64,000 nt of DNA from Octopus sinensis (GCF_006345805.1 NC_043018.1:17980001-18044000), one strand, 5' to 3'. Numbered from the stretch's first letter, positions 39,696-53,350 are shown. Program-made: numbers and translations. Notes: generated from the sequence alone by a model not told the origin.

Positions 39696-40000
39696 ATTAT
39701 TATAATAAATCACTGGAATTAATCGTCCCAGGGGAATGAAAGTTGGTCCTGGCGGGATCTGAAATCAGGAGGTGGTAGCTAATTATTGCAAAATATTTAC
39801 TTCACCTTTATTTTGCCACCAACGGACATTATAATTAGTTATTAATGATTATTATAATAAATCACTGGAATTAATCGTCCCAGGGGAATGAAAGTTGGTC
39901 CTGGCGGGATCTGAAATCAGGAGGAGGTAGCTAATTATTGCAAAATATTTACTTCACCTTTATTTTGCCACCAACGGACATTCGATTTAGTTGTTAATGA
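39696..40000. repeat. Tandem duplication, 152-bp period
   Basis: ATTATTATAATAAATCACTGGAATTAATCGTCCCAGGGG... starts at 39696 and 39848. Confidence 0.9.
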
Positions 40001-40449
40001 TTTCCACCTTTACAATGGCTCAAAATAAACTGTCGTGGGAGTTTTTAATTACTAGAGAAGACGATTCTGTAAATGGGAAGACTTAATTGAAAGAACCAAC
40101 TTCAGAAGAGGACTGGTATCGGGTATATATATCACCAACCCTTTCATCAAACGAGAAAACTGTTTGGTCTATAATCCAGATTTAAATCTCTACTATAACA
40201 CATGTCAACCTCTTAAGAAACTTCACATCGTCTGATATCGTCCGGACGAATAATAGCTGTAAGAAACGCGAGAATAGCACAGATCGAATGCTTATATTTC
40301 GATGTCTGTGTTGATTATTAATTATGAGTGACTGAAGCCCCGCAACACCGAAGAAAATAAAGCCGGAATTGATCCCAGAAGAATTCGAAGTCAGAGATGT
40401 AAATGCACGGAAAGATCTTACATGTCAGAGCGGCTCTAAAACACTTTTC

Positions 40450-43400
40450 TAAATAATATCAAAGATGGTTCAGGAATGGCAGAATAGTGGAGTATTTTAT
40501 TTTGTAACTGCATGAGCAGGAATCATGAACCAACAATAACCAGGCGAAACTAGTCGAGATGTTTGTCGGTTCATTGCCCAAAGAGGGTATTATTAGGGGT
40601 CCAATAATCACAAACATAATAAAATATTTTGATTGTATTTGAGCGTTTTTATTTGTTGTCTAATTATAAGTAATCATTGAACGATTGTGTATCGATTTAC
40701 ATTTTGAACTTTGATCTCCGTGCTGTAAATGCTCCAGAAGAATTGTATATAATTCTTGATGTGTTTGTGTGTTAGGCTCTTGTTGTCATTGTTGCTGTTA
40801 AGGTTTTTTTAGTCCACAAGTCAACTTTGATCAAGAAGGTTTATGCTAAAATGTATTCCAGCCGTGATCATCCTGTTTTTTTTTAGAACCCTAGGCACTA
40901 CATTACTTAATAATTTCTATTAATTTTAAGTATTGCAGAGTGTGATTTACGGAAGATTTTCTGCTATTTTTTGCAGGTCAAACAACGATATTAAAATTTC
41001 CCTTTTCTCTCGATATGGTAATGCTATTCTGGTAAGAACCGAAACGCAATATTTGTAAGGTATTACATTTAGTGTATGTTTGTAATCAGGTTTCCAGGTG
41101 GTTTAGATGAAGTGAAGAATCTGCAGGAATGATGGAAGACGATGGTCTCCACAGCATGGTTCCCATGTAATTGCATGATCTATTAGACGTACCAACAAAG
41201 TCTGAAGCAAACTCGCCTCTAGCGTTTAAAAATGAAGCACACGTTGATGTTTTAATGATTAAGACTTTTGGAGTGAGAGATATTGTAAAGCGCCAAACTG
41301 AATGCCCTAAGGTATTCAGTTTCGTTCTTCTCTATCGTGACATCAGTAATTCCTGCTGTTGTGTAGGTCTTTTATTCTCACAAGATCAAACATATTTATC
41401 AATTCCTACCGAAAATGATTTAATCTTTTCTTGTCGAACTAAAATGTCTTGTAGTTATATGCAAATTAGGTTTCAGATAAATTTATAGTTGCAAACTGAA
41501 CAAAAACATTTCTTTTACGGTTTTCAGGGTGTACTTTATTAATGAAGTTTCAAATTAATTAATAACAATTATAATAAGAGTGCAGAGAATAATAGACGCT
41601 CAGCCGTATAAACCGACCACTGACCTCTGCAACAATGGTTTCCTTTGAGGACAGACAAAACGAGGACTGAAAGGAAAATACTATAATTGTGGTGTTTGTG
41701 CATTCGATAAAGTTATTGATTACTTAAGTTAAAAGATGCGAGAAGATGGCGCTCTGGAGTTCTTTTAATTCAATTGTGTTACTTTTATCTGTAAAGACAA
41801 AGACACGAAAGTTAAAAGTCACTCATTTATTTGACATTTTAAATCTAAAGTCGTGTCTCACGAAAAGAAACATTTATCAGTCTATGAATTTAACAAATGA
41901 ATAAAATATATGAGGAGATATGTTGTTGAAGCTTCCTCTCACACACTTTTACATTGGAGGGATTTTAATGTGTATAGGGATCGTTGTGATATTTTAACTT
42001 TACGTGATCCGGTATAATGGCAATCCAATTAGATTCTGGAAGATTTGAACTCGTAACATGGATTGGCAAAAATGAATATAACAAGGAGTTTAGTACGGCG
42101 CTCTAATTTTTCTGGCAAGAAAAAAAATATGCTGAAGTCGGTTCTCGTGTCGAAGAACTGATTGATTTGTAACACTCATGAAGAAGAAGAAATGAAATAT
42201 TAGCCTGGAGACGAGCCACATGTACAAAATTACTCAGCTACTCATGAAAATTTATGATACAAAAATCTGTGACAAGAGGAATACCTCAATAAATTGTACT
42301 GAGAAAGTTTCTCTTTTATTCCTGTCCCACCTTCGGGAATCCGTCATTGCGTCCCAAAACTTCGTTTAGCCTAAATTTCCAAGCTTAAATAACAGAGAAA
42401 AACTTCTCAACATAAATGAACTGCAAGAATATTGGTTTCAAATTTCGGAACAAGACAAGAAATTTCGAGGGGCAGGGGTTTAAATCGATTGCCGCGACCT
42501 CAGTGTTCAACTGGGAATTATTTTATCGATCCCGAAAGGTTAAAAGGCAAATTCGACCTCAGCGGAATTTGAAACGTAAAGACGGACAAAATGCGGCTAA
42601 GCATTTTTTCCGGCGTGCTAACGATTCAGTTAGCTCTCCGCTTTACCGAGTTGCAAGGCTATTGCAAGCTTTGATGTCCTGAGAATTTTAGTATAACAGT
42701 GTTACTCATAGAACAATCCTCTCGTTAGTTAACAATTTTCCCACTGCTTACAACATTAACTACACATCACTTCTTTGTTCTGACTGTTATATAATGTGTC
42801 CCGTTGCGCCTAATATCTTTGGAACAGGCGTGTTTCTTTCTAAGAAGTATGTCTTGAATTTAGTGACCAGGAGAAAACCATTCCTTTCTAGGCTCTAGCT
42901 ATGGATATCTCTGGGTTAAAAACTGCAAGCTAATAAAGCAACACAGAATTTCTCAATGAAATGAAATATCTGTACGCATGGGTAAATTGTTTTATCAGCT
43001 TTGAGGACTGATCCATGTTATATCTCATAGGAGAAGTTTCCATATGATAAAGAAATGCGAAATTCATGTATTTTATGGGATACAAAATCTTATGTTTGGT
43101 ACTTATCTTCGGATTCCCTAGAATGAAATAGAAGGAAGATAATTGTTTCTCGTCATGAGCCAACAATGAAAACTGAAATGTCGCCGGTCGAGTTTGATGA
43201 TATAGATAATGAACGATTATTTAATGCACTGGTAAGTGGTTTCGAAACGTAGAAATAGCAGGGAAGGAGCTTCAGAATACAGAACCACCAGATGGCCTAA
43301 ACCATTTACTTACACCGCAAAAAAAAATGGCTGTGTCGTAGAACGAACCAATGAAGTCACCTGATCCAGTCTGTCTAGTATATTCCTCGTTATCAAAAAA

Positions 43401-43545
43401 GTCTTTGAAGTTATTTGTCGAAACAATAATCAATGCTAGAAACACCACTAGAAAACTGAGATTATCGATTAACTTAGTGTGTAAATAATGTTTCAGATTT
43501 ATGGTCAAATTAACGAGGCCACGTGATGAGCTGCTAGCATATTAT
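40450..43545 (+). mobile_element. Heavily decayed Ty3/Gypsy LTR-retrotransposon pol (RT-RNaseH-integrase)
   Basis: Colinear motifs across stops and frameshifts: MVQEWQNSGV (40465), RLCIDL (40682), HVIA..RR/TKSEAN (41164-41212), TDH*PL (41612), HLRESVI (42328), LAMDISG (42895), KYLYAWVNCF (42964), IDNERLF (43202), TPQ..NG.VERTN (43312-43353), ARNTT (~43434), YG..RP.D (~43500). Confidence 0.65.
42430..42645 (-). mobile_element. SINE family B (old, alternative tail) inserted in the Gypsy relic
   Basis: TTTTATCGATCCCGAAAGG...CGACCTCAGCGGAATTTGAA...CCGGCGTGCTAACG. Confidence 0.7.
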
Positions 43546-43669
43546 GTTTCACTGTGGCTCTTTGATAATGGCGGAATTAAAAGTTACACCAGCAATTGTT
43601 GACGTGTATACGCTTCATAAATATAATTATATGATTTCATTTATCAAAGATTAGACGTTTAAATAGACG

Positions 43670-43678
43670 AATAATAGC

Positions 43679-43734
<56 letters not shown>

Positions 43735-43784
43735 TAATAATAATAATAATAATGATAATAATAATAATAATAATAATAATGATG

Positions 43785-43815
<31 letters not shown>

Positions 43816-43841
43816 TAATAATAATAATAATAATAATAATG

Positions 43842-43878
<37 letters not shown>

Positions 43879-44039
43879 TAATAATAATAATAATAATAAT
43901 GATAATAATAATAATAATAATAATAATGATAATAATAATGATAATAATAATAATAATGATAATAATAATAATAATAATGATAATAATAATGATAATAATA
44001 ATAATAATAATAATGATAATAATAATGATAATAATAATG

Positions 44040-44076
<37 letters not shown>

Positions 44077-44087
44077 TAATAATAATG

Positions 44088-44124
<37 letters not shown>

Positions 44125-44250
44125 TAATAATAATGATAATAATAATAATAATGATAATAATAATAATAATAATGATAATAATAATGATAATAATAATAAT
44201 AATAATAATAATGATAACAGTAACAATAATAAGAATAAGAATAAGAAGAA
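43670..44250. repeat. (AAT)n microsatellite with periodic GAT interruptions
   Basis: Direct inspection. Confidence 0.95.
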
Positions 44251-44364
44251 CTTATCTTGTATTTGTTTTAGTCATTCAATGCGGCACCGGAAGTGGTTAG
44301 AAAGCGGCGAGGAGGGGTGTAAAATACAAACTCTATGAGCGTGTGTGTGTGTGTGTGTGTGTGT

Positions 44365-45790
44365 GTGGCTGTGTGGTAAGAAGCTTGTTTCTCATCACAT
44401 GGTTCCGGGTTCAGTTGCACTGCGTAGCACCTTGGGCAAGTGTCTTCTATTTTGGCTTCAGGCTGACCAAAGCCTTGTGAGTGGATTTGGTAGATGGAAA
44501 CTGAAAGAAGCTCATCGTATACACACAAACACACACACACACGCACACACATATGTGTATATATGTATATATGTATATATTTTTCTATATTTTGTTTACT
44601 TGTTTCAGTCATTTGACTGTGGCCATGCTGGAGCACCGCCTTTTTGTCGAACAAATCGACCTCTTTGTACTCCTAGTACTTATCCTATCGATGTCTTTTG
44701 CCAAACCGCTAAGTTACGGGGACGTAAACACACACCAACATCGGCTGTCAAGCGATGGTGGGGGTGAGGGACCCACATACATACTCATATACATATATGT
44801 TGGTGTGTTCACGTCCCCGTAACCCAGCAGTTCGGCAAAGAGACCGATAGAATAGGTAGTAGGCTTTCAAAGGGGTCGATTTGTTCGACTAAAAGTGGTG
44901 CTTCAGCATGGCAAAAGACACCGATAGAATAAGTACTGGGATTACAAAGAGGTCGATTTGTTCGGAGAGGGGCTAAATCAATTACTTCGACCCCAGAACT
45001 CAACTGGTACTTATTTTATCGATTCCGAAAGGATGAAAGGTAAAGACAACCTCGGCGGAATTTGAACTCAGAATTTAAAGATAGAGGAAATGCCACTAAG
45101 CATTTTATGCGATTTATTAAGAATTCTGCCTTCTCGTTGTCTTTCCTATGATAATAATAATGGTTTCAAGTTTTGCCAGAAGGTCAGCTATTGCGAGGGA
45201 GGGGTTAAGTCGATTACTCTGGAGATCTTTCAATTCAATTGTGTTACTTTTATCTGTAAAGACAAAGACACGAAAGTTAAAAGTCACTCATTTATTTGAC
45301 ATTTTAAATCTAAAGTCGTGTCTCACGAAAAGAAACATTTATCAGTCTCTGAATTTAACAAATAAATAAAATATATGAAGAGATATGTTGTTGAAGCTTT
45401 CTCTCACACACTTTTACACTGGAGGAATTTTAATGTGTATTTTATCGACACCCAAAGGAGGAAAGGTAATGTCGACCTCGGTGGAATTTGAACTCAAAAC
45501 GTAAAGACTGACGAAATGCTTCTCAGGATTTGGCCCGGTATGCTAACGATTGCGCCAGCTCACCGCCTTAATAATAATCCTTTCTACTATGGGCACAAGA
45601 CATAACATTTGGGGAAGCGGGTAGTCAATTACATTGATCCCAGTGTTTCGCTGGTACTTAATTTGTCGACCCCGAAAGGATGAAAGTTAAAGTCGACCCC
45701 GGCGGAATTTGAACTCAGAACGTAGCGGTAGACGAAATACCGCTAAGCATCTTGCCTGGCGTGCTAACGATTCTTCCAGCTCGCCGCCAA
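44365..45790. mobile_element. Nested cluster of SINE-A halves (+, -, +) and three old SINE-B copies (-)
   Basis: A 5' half 44365-44600 (+), A 3' half 44590-44790 (-), A 3' pieces 44800-44965 (+), B cores at ~45000, ~45440 and ~45650. Confidence 0.7.
45217..45440 (+). repeat. ~224-bp near-identical copy of 41752-41975
   Basis: CTCTGGAG...TTCAATTGTGTTACTTTTATCTGTAAAGACAAAGACACG...TTTTAATGTGTAT at both sites. Confidence 0.9.
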
Positions 45791-46633
45791 AATATAATTT
45801 ACTCATTAAGATTTAAAATTATTCAAATTGTGTAAAACTAAACATAATTCTGTCCATTCTTGTTTCCTAAAAACAAAAAAAAAGAACCAAATTGCTAATT
45901 GTATATGTAATTACATGATTAGAAGGGAAATCCAATGAGACACATTTTGGCAAAACATTAAGCTGATGTAAAACATAATTAATCGATATTCGGTATATCA
46001 AGTAATTGATCTAAATCGAGACAATAATTTTGGAAAGCAACAAGGATTATGTTGTGTAAACGAAATAGATTAACTCTAATTTGTATTCACTTTGGGTTTG
46101 GTCAGCACTAAAAGCAGCCTTTTTTTTCATGAAACAGGCAATAAAAACAATGTTATTATTATTAGTATACGGTGTTCTTGTTTTCAAGACAACCGTACTT
46201 TTAATTTTAATGAGTAAATTCAATTAAAAAATAGCTGATGCAAAAAATTAAATTAAAAAAAAAATCAAAAACAAAGAATTTATGCAGAATTGTCTCTTCA
46301 GGAGATAAATGGTTTCGAACATTATTTTCTTTCTACTGAAGTCATAGAAGGCAAATGAATAAAAATCAAAATGAAATACAAAAACGATTCCAATAATACC
46401 ATTCCTGTATTTTGCATTCATTATCGAAGAGTGAATAATTGTAATTATCCAGTCAGAGCATATTAGTTTTAGGATATTTTAGAAAGAAGCAGCAACGTAA
46501 TTTCGGTACAGTGTAAAGCAACCCTACACTTGCCCTCTCGCTAATATCTGGTCAAAAGTCTTAAACGTATCTTTTCAGCATTTCAGGACACAATTACAAA
46601 CCCTGCGAGGGTAAATTAGTTCTATACTTGGAT

Positions 46634-47009
46634 GGAATGGAAGCACTCCGTCGGTTACGACGATGAGGGTTCCGGTTGATCCGAATCAACGGAACAGTCT
46701 GCTCGTGAAATTAACGTGTAAGTGGCTGAGCACTCCACAGACACGTGCACCCTTAACGTAGTTCTCAGGGATATTCAGCATGACACAGAGAATGACAAGG
46801 CCGGCCCTTTGAAATACAGGTACAGCAGAAACAGGAAGTAAGAGTGAGAGAAAGTTGTGGTGAAAGAGTACAGCAGGGATCACCACCATCCCCTACCGGA
46901 GCCTCGTGGAGCTTTAGGTGTTTTCGCTCAATAAACACTCACAACGCCCGGTCTGGGAATCGAAACCGCGATCCTATGACCGCGAGTCCGCTGCCCTAAC
47001 CACTGGGCC
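46634..47009 (-). mobile_element. SINE family C
   Basis: Reverse complement of the 11043 copy; TSD ACTTGGAT (46626-46633, 47010-47017). Confidence 0.9.
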
Positions 47010-47308
47010 ACTTGGATACTTATGATGCAATCGGCAATAAATATTGAGTGTAGTTTTAAAGCAACATAATCTTTCCTGTCACGTTAATATCTAGTCTAAT
47101 GTATCAAAACATACCCATGTATTTAGGCCAGTTTCATTTTATATAGCTGAGTACGATTCACCCCACTAAACTGCTAATACCACAGAGAAATATATGAATC
47201 GTCCCGTTGCCCTCATATAAAAAATTCCGGATAATATTTCATATGTTGTAGAAGGCATAAAAGAGTCTGAAAAAGCCCGACTTAGTCTGTAATATTTTAT
47301 GATTTTGC

Positions 47309-47354
<46 letters not shown>

Positions 47355-47394
47355 ACACACACACACACACACATACACACACACACACACACAT

Positions 47395-47427
<33 letters not shown>

Positions 47428-47490
47428 TTTCGTTTTGGTATTTGGTTTGCTAGATTCTTTATGTGAATTCGTGTTTTGAAGCATATTTTG

Positions 47491-47722
47491 TTGTGTCTGG
47501 GGAGACTCATTCTGTTATTAATGCATTATTAATTAACACACACACCGGTTCGATTTCCACACATTCACTTACTTATTTTTTCCAACATTTTCTTTCCTTT
47601 TGGAACCTATTCAAGAGTCAACGACTACTCGAGAGATTGCAAGAAGCAGCGGGTATTTAAATAAGTGAATGAGTGCAAATGGAACCGGTGCATTAAAACA
47701 GAATGACTCTCCCCAGACACAA
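47491..47722. repeat. Inverted-repeat (Penelope-like) element related to 10985-11522
   Basis: TTGTGTCTGGGGAGACTCATTCTG...CACCGGTTC...CATTCACTTA versus TAAGTGAATG...GAACCGGTG...CAGAATGACTCTCCCCAGACACAA. Confidence 0.75.
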
Positions 47723-47741
47723 TAGTATATAGATACATATA

Positions 47742-48090
47742 TACTCTTTTACTTGTTTCAGTCATTTGACTGCGGCCATGCTGGAGCAACGCCTTTAGTC
47801 GAGCAAATCGACCCCGGGACTTATTCCTTGTAAGCCCAGTACTTATTCTATCGGTCCCTTTTGCCGAACCGCTAAGTGACGTAAACACACCAGCATCGGT
47901 TGTCAAGCAATGCTAGGGGGACAAACACAGACACACAAACATATATACGACAGGCCTCCTTCACTCACAAGGCATTAGTCGGCCCGGGGCTATAGCAGAG
48001 GACACTTGCCCAAGATGCCACGCAGTTAGACTGAACCCGGAACCATGTGGTTGGTTAGCAAGCTGCTTACCACACAGCCACTGCTGCGCC

Positions 48091-48091
<1 letters not shown>
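47742..48091 (-). mobile_element. SINE family A
   Basis: Reverse complement of the A consensus with small deletions. Confidence 0.85.
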
Positions 48092-48125
<34 letters not shown>

Positions 48126-48195
48126 TATATATATACATACATACATACGTAAATATAAATACATATATATATATAATATAATATATAATATATAT

Positions 48196-48267
<72 letters not shown>

Positions 48268-48298
48268 ATGGCACAATGTAATAGCACACCTTTGATGC

Positions 48299-48417
48299 AA
48301 GTCTGACGAAGTGCCTCTCCAAAGTCTAGAACCGAAAATATTATGTGAATTTTCATTTTGAATTTTCGCATAAATTGGCGCGGCAAATGGAGAATGGTAC
48401 GGAAACATTTGTAATTT
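48299..48417 (+). ncRNA. Type-I hammerhead ribozyme-like motif with ~90-nt helix II domain
   Basis: AAGT-CTGACGA-A-GTGCC-TCTCCA...TGGAGA-AT-GGTAC-G-GAAAC-ATTT-GTA-ATTT: helix I AAGT/ATTT, GUA triplet; preceded by (TA)n. Confidence 0.6.
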
Positions 48418-49954
48418 ATAATTAAAGATGTGTTAAAGAATTTTCTTTGTCTTCAAAATGTTTCAATTTTTGGCACAAGACCAGGAAGGAGGTAAGTTAA
48501 TCACAACAACCCCCAGTGTTCAACTGGTATTTATTTAATCGACCCAGAAGGATGAAAAGAAAAGCTAACCACAGCGGAAGTTGAACTCCAACCATAAAGA
48601 CACGAAAGAGCTGCTACAGAGTATGTGGTCCAGTGCGCTATAGGTTCTGCCAGCTGGCACAAAGCCACCAATTTTATGAGGAGGGGGTTAAATCGATTGT
48701 ATCGATCACTACCGAATGTTCAACTGATGCTTATTTTGTAATAATACTTATAAGAGAGATGTTTGAAACATAAAGAACAAAAGCCCAGTTTCAGATGTAA
48801 TTAGAAATATATCGTATTGTATGCAGTTGTAAATATTTTCGTACAAAATATTAAATAAATAACTTTAAAAACATTGGATAGAATATGTTTTGTGAAAACC
48901 AATTAGGAAAAAATCTTTTGCTTGCAATAGAAAAGAGAAGAAAACCTTTTGAAACGAAAAATTCATTGTTGTATTGAAAATGACTCCAAGTACAAGCCAG
49001 AATGGATGATTCTTTTCTACAGAATTACTTAAGAATCAGAAAACATTTCGTAAAATAGTTACGCTAATGAATAGAAATCTGTAAACAAGAAGAAAGAATG
49101 TGATGAAAATTATGAAATTATTTTTTCTATATATATAATTAAACAACGTTTGTAATTCAATGTTGTGTATTTATTATTCTTGGATAATACATGGGGAAAG
49201 CAGGAACTATTGGCGTTATCTGTAATGTTAAAAGGAGATAATTATTTCATTCAATTCAAAAATTATGTTTTGCTGAAGTCAAATTTAATAATTTCAATAA
49301 TAAATGAAATAATTGTATTTGATGGTTTTTTTTTTGCGTTATTTTCAAGTTTCTTTCACTTCTTTGACATTTTACACATGACTTTGGCATTTTCGTCTGA
49401 ATGGTGAGATGGAGAGAAACAGATGAGACTCAGAACAACATCTGAGAACTATTGATATTTGATAACTATAAGGAAAACTCCTCCAAAGAAATTTTTTTGA
49501 AATAGCTTTTTTCTTTAAGTCATGAAGAAACTAGGGCAACCGAAAATGTTTTTCGATATTTTGAGCCAACAAAAATAATTGAGAAACTCTGATGGTTCTC
49601 GGAATGGAAGCAATTCGCTTAAACATAAGTGAAAATCCTATGATTCAATGCCATACATTTTTGATACCAATTCTGGCCTAATTCCAAGTCCAGAATCTTT
49701 TTTATAAATATCTTTGATACTTGTGAATTTAGGCCTCCTATTGGTTTACGTTAGAAGTCAAATTATTAGTAAAACTCTGCATGTTAACCCTTAATGTGGC
49801 TTTGAAGCAGACAAGGGCTCAGAACGACAGTAACCGTGGAAAAGAATGAAGTATTTTAGTATTTTATGAATTGATTCACCATTTTCTCTAAAATACAGTT
49901 TTCAATAGTGAAAAAATTGTTTCAGTAACAACATCATACGTTTACACACCCATT

Positions 49955-50047
<93 letters not shown>

Positions 50048-50048
50048 A

Positions 50049-50093
<45 letters not shown>

Positions 50094-50546
50094 GTCTGTC
50101 TGTCTGTCTGTCAGTCTGATTGACTCTTTGTCTTTCTGTCTGTATCTATATATGGCATAGCTGTGTATAATTACCGCGATAGGCTTCTGTACAGTTTCCA
50201 TCTGTCAAATTCCACTCACAAGATATGAGCCGACCCGAAAATATAACATTTACTTAATAAGTCATTCATTGGGATTGAACACGGTCCCTCGTAATTGTTA
50301 AGCGATCTCTAACCATACGGCCATACTGTAGCAATACACACACATACGCCTCTTCGTAAACCTAATCTTATTAATTATTTGTTTAGGTCATTGTTCTTTT
50401 AAAATTTTTAACTTGATGTCAAACTAGTTTTCTCTTCACCAAGCTTTATTCTTCACTCGAAGACGTGTTCCTCCGATTCAGTACCGATCTATGCCGCTTA
50501 AGATATTGTACGCAACAATGGTAACACTGTCAGCTTATACAATTCT

Positions 50547-50829
50547 ACGATCAACGGAACAGCCTGCTCGTGAAATTAACGTGCAAGTGGCTGAGCACTC
50601 CACAGACACGCGTACCCTTAACGTAGTTCTCAGGAAGATTCAGCGTGACATACAGTGTGACAAGGCCGGCCCTTTGAAATACAGGTACAACTCATTTTTT
50701 GCCAGCTGAGTGGACTGGAGCAACATGAAATAAAATGTCTTGCTCAAGGACACAACGCGTCGCTTGGAATCGAACTCACGACCTTACAAACGTGAGCCGA
50801 ATGCCCTAACCACTAAGCCACGCGCCTTC
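50547..50829 (-). mobile_element. SINE family D
   Basis: Reverse complement of the 21514 copy, 3' tip missing. Confidence 0.85.
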
Positions 50830-50929
50830 ACACAATTCTACATATACGGCCAAAGTGTCATCTTTTTAGAATACCAATTCTTGTCGATAATCACACAGAA
50901 ACTCACATACGGGAACCTCACACAGAAAC

Positions 50930-51365
50930 TCATATAGTTATGCGTCGATCTTCCAAAATGGCAGCCTCAACTTGACGGACAGATGCTTCATCAATGGCAG
51001 AAGGGGGGCGACCAGATCTGGGAGCTGTTTCCACAGAGTTCCAACCATGTTTGAATTCACGATGCCAGCGTTTTACAAGGTCATATGATGGGGCATCATC
51101 ACCATAAGTTACTTTCATTTCATCAAAAGTCTCCCGTGGTGTGCGTCCTTTCAAATACAAAAACCGGATCACTGCTCGACACTCAACAGGCTCCATTTCA
51201 CACTTGACTCAGTTCAAACACCTGTATATCAGAAACCACAATTAGTTCAGAGCTGTAATTTGCCACTTAATCTATAGAGATATAAATAATTGCACATGTA
51301 AATTTTCAGCTAGATCAAACAACTGCAAGTGGGTCAGAGGCATTACTTATTGAACGTCCCTCGTA
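50930..51365 (-). mobile_element. Mariner 5' fragment: TA + TIR + transposase N-terminus
   Basis: Minus strand TA-CGAGGGACGTTCAATAAGTAATGC; ORF MEPVECRAVIRFLYLKG...PSYDLVKRWHREFKHG...PRSGRP...ILEDRRITI. Confidence 0.9.
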
Positions 51366-53165
51366 TATACGTGACAGTGTTATATTGTCATAGAATCAAC
51401 TAAAAACACGGTTTGCTAATAATGCAAAATGTGAAACACTTCCTTTCCCTACTCTTCTATAGAATTATTAAAACAGTACAAGAATATAAACTTCCAAACA
51501 CAGCAGCAACATTAAATAGAAGCATTTGGTGTTAGAATTTATCCACAGCTACAAAAGAATTTCTGGTGTTTTAAAAAAGTAACTCTTTCCAGCCAATTAG
51601 TATAAGAATCACGTTTAATTGTTTTTCTCAAATGTGTATATATTTAAAAAAAAAATATATTTTAATTTTATTTCACTCAAAAAGATAATAAAATATTCCA
51701 AATGGTATTTGGTAATATTAAACGCATCCTTGTTTTGTTTATTTTTTGCTATTTTTTACTTTAAAACAACATTTTTCTTTCGTTTTGATACGCAAAGAAT
51801 CTTGCTGGGCCTCTTGCACATGTTATTGTTACTGTTGCTGTTTAGATTATGTCATTTCCCCAAAGACTTTCTTTAGTCGTTGTTCATAGCAGATGTCTTT
51901 TTTTTTCTCGCTCCTTTATCTTCTTTATCATAGTATCCATTCGAAATAATTCTGTTGTGAGGGATGTTTTAATGATCTCTTTTATAAATAGACTTGTTTG
52001 GAATACTGTCCGTTATTTTGATAGTAACGCTTCGACGGTGTATTTTTGTCGTGTTTGCAGTTCCAAATAAAATTGTTATTGATCTTTTACTTCCTCAATT
52101 TACCTCCATCTCCTCACTCTCCGTCTCTCGTCTCTCCTTTCTTCCTACTGTCGTTTTAATGACAAGAATTCCCAAGACAATTTGTTGCTTCCAAACAACT
52201 TGTTACTGTTGCTCTTCTTGTAAGTTCCATTCCATTGTTCTAACGCTCAAACGCCTCAATAGAATTTCAGTTGTAATTTTACTTCGATATTCACTCGTAA
52301 CTACACCAATTATTAAAGTCAATTTGAACGGAAGATGTAGTTTCACCACACAATAGACAATTTCGTTTATTGTTCTTGTGGTTGTGGTCGTTCCTGCCAG
52401 CACAGTAAGTGTCGTTGTTGTTGTTGTAGCTGTCACTGTTTCTCGGTCTATCGTAGAAAGACATAAAAATAAGATTTATGATGGAAAAACATAATCCCTG
52501 GCTGTCGTCTGAAATCAAACAACTTGCAGACGACAGTTTCGTAACTGGTTTTAAATATCGATAAGACAAGCACGATATGTACCGGTCGGAAATAGAGATA
52601 TAGTAAGTTATTGGGATATAGATATTATTTAGTACTTGTTGAAAGACCTTATCTTACAGTAATATCTCCCATATTGTTTTCAAGCAAAGATAAGTGTCCT
52701 GGTCGAAGGTGGAATATTCGAGATGTTGATGTGTACATCGATATATGGAATTAATAGACAATGGCTGAAATAACACAACCAGTAAATGTCATCTATTTAC
52801 ACACCTATGTAAACAAGTATTTACAAGGCAGTAACATATACCCATTGTATACAAATATACTACATAATCTCAGCCAGGCGATATAATCAATTTAGTTCCG
52901 TCCTGCATATATCGACCACAGCAATAATCTCTGAAAACAGCAGATATTGCTTGCAAGGCTACACCTTGATAATGCTATAACAGATGGATTTAATCAAATA
53001 TGATGTTAGGTTCGAGAAAAAACATATTCACAAACTCAAAGCACAACACCACTCTAAAGATACTGTCGCATTAAATTGTCACAGTTTTGTATAAACCCCT
53101 GGCCATGACTTGATAAATAGATTTGTATATACATACATAATACACACAGACAGACATACACACAC

Positions 53166-53215
<50 letters not shown>

Positions 53216-53285
53216 TACAAATGTATATATATAAAAGAAAAATATATATGTGTGTGTATATATATATATGTAAATATAAATGTAT

Positions 53286-53350
<65 letters not shown>

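Noticed and set aside
41171-41488. Neuropeptide-like precursor (VKRQTECPK)
   Set aside because: Lies in the Gypsy RNase H region (TKSEAN...IKTF); no signal peptide.
42930-43450. Two apparent minus-strand exons (VFLALIIVSTNNF...FFCG|gtaagt and FSLLAHDEK...) and a plus-strand donor at 43232
   Set aside because: The plus strand carries colinear Gypsy integrase motifs; the open antisense frames and splice-like sites are better explained as by-products.
43651-44300. Poly-Leu / poly-Ile membrane-like ORFs
   Set aside because: Simply the (AAT)n/(GAT) microsatellite.
46175-46305. Additional minus-strand hammerhead (CTGAAGA-GACAATT...GGTTGTC-TT-GAAA)
   Set aside because: No NUH triplet, palindrome or helix I; could be chance.
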